From Raja brachyura (Eukaryota): a stretch of DNA of 64,000 bases. Below are positions 59,611 through 64,000 of this stretch, piece after piece. The notes under the pieces were generated by a model. That model did not search any database and was not told the DNA's origin. It saw only the letters and a list, made by a program, of their open reading frames with translations. A program made the position numbers and the translations under genes. Numbering within the stretch: position 1 is the first letter of the stretch; each line of letters begins with the position of its first letter. Where the stretch lies: contig OY740783.1 in the NCBI GenBank assembly GCA_963514005.1, positions 129,146,001 to 129,210,000 on the forward strand, written 5' to 3'.

Positions 59611-60975
59611 CAGGCACGTGCCATGAGTAATTATTCAGGGTAGGCAGTCAGTCGGCTTAAAAAAAAAATTAAACCGCGCATGCACAGATTGTTCACTCTG
59701 TAAAAATTAAAATAAAAACAGTAACAATTCAATTTGCCCATGGTTTCCGAGTCTCCTTTATTCTTAATTGCTGAATGGGTCGGGAGCGAAGGGTGATGGC
59801 AGGTGGAGCGATGGTGGGAAAAACGGGAGTACAGGGAAAAGTTGAATCAGTTGTCATTTAATTGAATGGCAACACTTGTTCAAGGGTCCAAGTGTTCCTT
59901 TCACAGCGTGTGGAGAGTCTGTGCCAGGCGTGAAGTTGAGCGGAGGGCAGGAGTGTTGAGAAGGAGGGGGTGGGGGAGAATGTCAGTAACTCACTTACTC
60001 ACCGCTGCCACGGCATTCCGGGCACGAAGCCATCGCACTGTAGCTGGGGATAGAAGCAGTTCGGGGAGCTGCGAGCAGCCGCCGGGATCCGACAGCAGAA
60101 CTGGCCGCCACTTCAGCGCCTTCTGCCGGCACGCTCACCTCTGGCAGTGCTCTCCATCTGAACACCTCTCACTTGCCACTCGCCGACTTTGTTCATGTCA
60201 GCGGCTTCCTGCAAATCCTTAAATTCTCACAGCCGAGTAACCTTAATCGAGCTGTTGGAATTTAAGGATTTGCGGGCAGGAGAGAGGTTTTTAGACGGAG
60301 AGCTGCCAGAGGTGAGCGGTCACTGGCAGAAGGCGCTGAGCTGGCGGCCGGTTCCTCTGTCATGCCTCTTACAGCCACCCGAGCTGCTTCGGCCCCCGTG
60401 CAAGGAGCGTCGCAAGTGACATTATCCCGACCCCTCCTTCACACCATTCGTGCCATCCCCACAACTTTACCCCGGGCCAGACTCCCCAAACGCTTTGAAA
60501 GGAGCTCTCCCGCCACCCCCACACCCCGGGAAATACAGTATTTAAAAACATAAACACAAAATTTACTTACCACATTATTGGTACACAAACTCCATTCTTC
60601 TCTCTTTGTTTCCTAAGATACACTTAAAATATTGCCAATCCATATTTGAAAACCCCGCCAAGAAACTAGCGCTGTGCATGCGCAGTAGGCTGCTGCGCAT
60701 GCGTAGTGCTGCAAAGGCAGAATTTCTGCTGCCTTCAGCCCCGCTTGTCATTGATGGCTTCAGGCAGCGCTGACGGTACGTGGGCTGCACAGACCTTCAA
60801 GGGTTACAAGCACTGCGGATGAAAGGCACGGAGAATTATGCCTACCTAAGAGATCGATCTCTTAGATAGGCATAATTCTCCCATGCCTTTACTATTTATA
60901 TTTAGTAATTACCATGTTATAATTTTAGTCAGGGTAGGCAGTGCTTACCTTGCCTACCCTGACGGCACGTGCCTG
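59611..60975. mobile_element. Non-autonomous hAT element
   Basis: 12-bp TIRs CAGGCACGTGCC / GGCACGTGCCTG; perfect 8-bp TSD CAACCTTC (59603-59610 and 60976-60983); no transposase. Confidence 0.9.
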
Positions 60976-61141
60976 CAACCTTCACACCGCTGGGTTGTAA
61001 CCTGCTCAAGCGAAGTATGGGATTCTTTCCTCCAGTTTGCGTGTGACCTCTCTCAGGCAATGGAGGAGTCCCAGTTCAGAATGGTCAGCTTGGGGGAATG
61101 GGAAGAGCAGTTAAAATGGTGGCAAACGGGAGATTCAGTAG

Positions 61142-61565
61142 TGTAATGGCAAATTCCTGACTCTTCCGGTGTCCAACCTTCCGTTGCCATTACTGCACAG
61201 GTAAGTAGGAGTGATCTTACGCAGACCAAATAGAACAGATTTTCCAGTCGTCATTTTCAGTTTAATTACTTCTTTATTGAAGTAGTTGTACAAACGAAGA
61301 GATGAACGTACCAGGCTTTCCTTATTCTGCATGCAAGTTGTAGCCAGCTGTTCTTCCCGGATTGGTGAGAACTCTATGCCCTCCACCCCTGTGCCTGGTC
61401 TGCCACTCCCTGTCCCCTATGCCCATATATATACGCCCCTCTGTGCATTGAATGACCGGCCCCAAGTGTCCAAAATAATACTGCTATTTGGTCCAGATAG
61501 ATTTATCTGGACCAAATAATATAATATGCCAAGAGTAGCTAGCCTAAACATAAATGGCTCCTACA
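61142..61565 (-). mobile_element. Solo LTR (424 bp)
   Basis: TGTA...TACA ends; 5-bp TSD AGTAG (61137-61141 and 61566-61570); TATA-like run at ~61426-61433 and minus-strand AATAAA at ~61273-61278. Confidence 0.8.
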
Positions 61566-61874
61566 AGTAGGCCTTGGCAGACTGAGCGCATGTGTTTGAT
61601 GAAACAGTCGACTAGTCTGCACTTGGTCTTCCCGATGTACAGGAGGCTGGTTGAGTTGTGGAATTGAATAGGTGTAAACCTGGAAAATAAGTACCTGTTT
61701 TATCAAATTGTCATCTAGCAGTAATCTACAGATGAGGCCAGCCTTGATGTTAGTCGTTGGTCGAGGTGCTCTCTCACTGGGCTCTGCAATTATGGACTCT
61801 ATTGTGTGTGTGGTCATGTGACCCAAGGTGAGGGGAGAATTTTAAAGGTGATCTTAGAGGTAAGTGTTTCACAT

Positions 61875-62175
61875 GATGGCTCAGAGGTAGAGTTGCTGCC
61901 TTACAGCACTTGCAGTGCCGGAGACCCGGGCTTGATCCTGACTGCACGTGCAGTCTGTACGGAGTTTGTACGTTCTCCCCGTGACCTGCGTGGGTTTTCT
62001 CCGAGACCTTCAGTTTCCTCCCACACTCCAAAGACGTACAAGTATTTCGGTAAATTGGCTTGGTAAATGTAAAAATTGTCCCTAGTGTGTGTAGGGTTGT
62101 GTAAATTTGTGGGGATCGCTGGTCGGCGCGGACCCGGTGTTTCCGCACTGTATCTCTAAACTAACCTAAATTAAA
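61875..62175 (+). mobile_element. V-SINE/HE1-type SINE
   Basis: tRNA-like head, V-domain GGAGTTTGTACGTTCTCCCCGTGACCTGCGTGGG, (CTAAA)n tail. About 15 further partial copies occur across the window. Confidence 0.87.
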
Positions 62176-62559
62176 CATAAAGTGATAGTTATCTGGCTGC
62201 TACAAATACCACTTGAGAAGAGATGTGGACAGATTGGATAGGAAAGGTGTAGCTTAGTTTGGAGATACAGCGTGGAAACGGGGCCCTTCAACTCACCGAG
62301 TCCATGCCAACCAATGATCACTCATACACTCGTTCTTTCCCACAAACTAGGGACAAGCAACAGAAGCTAATTAACCTCAAAACCCGCACGTCTTTGGAGC
62401 ACGGGAGAAAACCGGAGCATCCGGAAATTACACGGTCACAGGGAGAACGTGCAAACTCCATACAGTCAGCATCCGTAGATTGAACCCGGGGGTCTGGCGC
62501 TCTGAAGAGGCAGCAACCCTACTGCTGCACCACCGTGCCACCGCAACTCAAGTAGAGTC

Positions 62560-62980
62560 AAGTCAAGAGTGTTTAATTCTCACAGGTACTAACAACTGAA
62601 CACTGAAAATTTTACTTGCAGCAGCATAACTGGCCTGTTAACACAGTACTCATAAATAGCGCAGTAAACAAAATAAACCCAATAAACTACAAACTTTATT
62701 ATTGTCAGAATCCCAAAGTCCTTAGCGCAACCAAGACAGTTCATAGCTTGGTTGTAGTATCGTGGTGTTCACGACCCTGATGATTGTTGGGAAGTAGCTA
62801 TTCTTGATCCTGGAGGTCACGGCTTTCAGACTCCTATATGTTCTTCCTGATGGCTGGAGTGGAAATGAGAGCATGGCCAAGGTGGTGTGTGGGTCCTTGA
62901 TGATGCTGGCTGCTTTTGTTCGGGGCAGCACCTCCTGTAGATCCATTGGATGGTGGGGAGGTCAGCACCTGTGATGGACC
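62560..62980 (-). mobile_element. Rex1/Babar LINE 3' fragment
   Basis: KAASIIKDPH..PSGRTYRSLKAVTSRIKNSYFPTIIRVVN. Confidence 0.8.
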
Positions 62981-63479
62981 AGGTGGGAGAGCGAGAGTGG
63001 AGTCTCCTACTGACAAATTGTGTTAGTGTGGATAGGCATCGCGGGTGGCATTGATGAGATGGGCTGAAGGGACTCATTACTCTGCTGTACAGTTCTATGT
63101 TTCTATACGATGTTTTTAAACATTTGGGATGTTTATGCAGACTTGTATTTTCTGCAGCGTAATTTTGTGAAGAATATACAGGTCCACCATCTATTTTTCC
63201 AGTGCCTTTGGTTCCAGAGCCTTTCTGGATCATCCGTTTGGTTGTAACAACAGAGGTCACGGCCTCCGAGAGGAGTCGATCGGTCCTGGAACGGTCCGCC
63301 TAGGCCGCTGAAGTACCGGGACACCAACCGAGACATCGGCCTCAAAAGTCGGCTGTGGGAACGAATCTGCCGTGACCACAGGGGGAATAATCGACCTGCT
63401 GACCGGCGCGAATGTCCCGATGGGGTTGAGATCGGGGGGGGGGGGGGGGGGGGGGAGGGAGGGAGGGAGGGATTTAAGT

Positions 63480-63890
63480 TGCTGCTCATGGGAGAGTCTA
63501 GGACTAGAGACCACAGCCCCAGAATTAAAGGACGTTCATTTAGGAAGGAGATGAGGAGAAATTTCTTTAGTCAGTGGGTGGTGAATCTGTGGAATTCTTT
63601 GCCATGGGAGGCTGTAGAGAACAAGTCAATGGATATTTTTAAGGCAGAGATAGATAGATTCTTGATTGGTGCAAGTGTCAGAGATTATGGGGAGAAGGCA
63701 GGAGAATGGGGTTAGGAGGGTGAGATAGATCAGCCGTGACTGAATGGCGGAGTGGACTTGACCCGAAACGTCGCCTATCTCCTTCGCTCCTTAGATGCTG
63801 CTGCACCCGCTGAGTTTCTCCAGCTTTTTGTGTAACCGGCGGAGTAGACTTGCTGGGCCTGATGACCCAATTCTACTCCTATTCCTTATG
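63480..63890 (+). mobile_element. CR1 3' fragment with a Penelope-tail insertion (63760-63835)
   Basis: GESRTRDHSPRIKG..FFSQWVVNLWNSLP; GGCGGAGTRGACTTG duplicated around GACCCGAAACGTCGCCTATC.. Confidence 0.8.
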
Positions 63891-64000
63891 ATCAGTTGCT
63901 GGAAGATCGGTAGTGGACCTGTACTCCATTTTGAAAGTGTGATGTCTTCATTCTCTTCTTTCATCAAACCCATATTTAAACTAGACATTTTAAAATTAAA

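Larger units (their letters stand above)
59300..61700 (-). mobile_element. Old Penelope-like 3' fragment hosting two later insertions
   Basis: Tail at 59305-59400; GIY-YIG remnants at 60984-61135 and 61570-61640 (YIGKTKCRLVDCFIKHMRSVC). Confidence 0.75.

Noticed and set aside
13000-64000. RNase MRP RNA or CD72, which neighbour TESK1 in mammals
   Set aside because: I saw no GGAAAGTCCCCG-type RMRP core and no ITIM/C-type lectin exons by eye. An Infernal or TBLASTN search would be needed to exclude them.

Overview
This is repeat-rich vertebrate DNA, most likely from a cartilaginous fish such as a skate or ray. That assignment is inferred from the V-SINE/HE1-type SINEs, the HER1-type CR1 tails and a ~52-bp GGGAGTGTGTGATGGGAC repeat. 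Host genes: (1) the last coding exon of TESK1 (+, 8398-9587), followed by a ~2.6-kb 21/22-bp minisatellite in its probable 3' UTR; (2) a convergent GT31 beta-1,3-galactosyltransferase-like gene with an intronless CDS (-, 22373-23377); (3) an unidentified CpG-island first exon encoding a poly-Glu peptide (+, ~41368-41510), with a stop-containing duplicate 3 kb downstream; (4) a decayed ZFP36/TTP-family pseudogene (+, ~50990-51716). The rest is layered mobile DNA: a full-length dead hAT transposon with TIRs and an 8-bp TSD; a nearly intact Penelope-like element (RT plus GIY-YIG, one nonsense codon, pseudo-LTR, tandem minimal hammerhead-like motifs) and many short fold-back derivatives of it; Tx1, L1, CR1, Rex1/Babar and L2-like LINE fragments; Tc1/Tigger/Harbinger-like elements; a non-autonomous hAT full of palindromes; and a solo LTR. 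The most unusual observations are repeated Tx1 insertion at the same position of an intronic repeat that also supplies the TESK1 branch point, the hammerhead-bearing Penelope family with its 66-bp inverted array, and the Kozak-ATG-rich UTR minisatellite. All calls were made by eye, with no database searches, and boundaries marked ~ are approximate.
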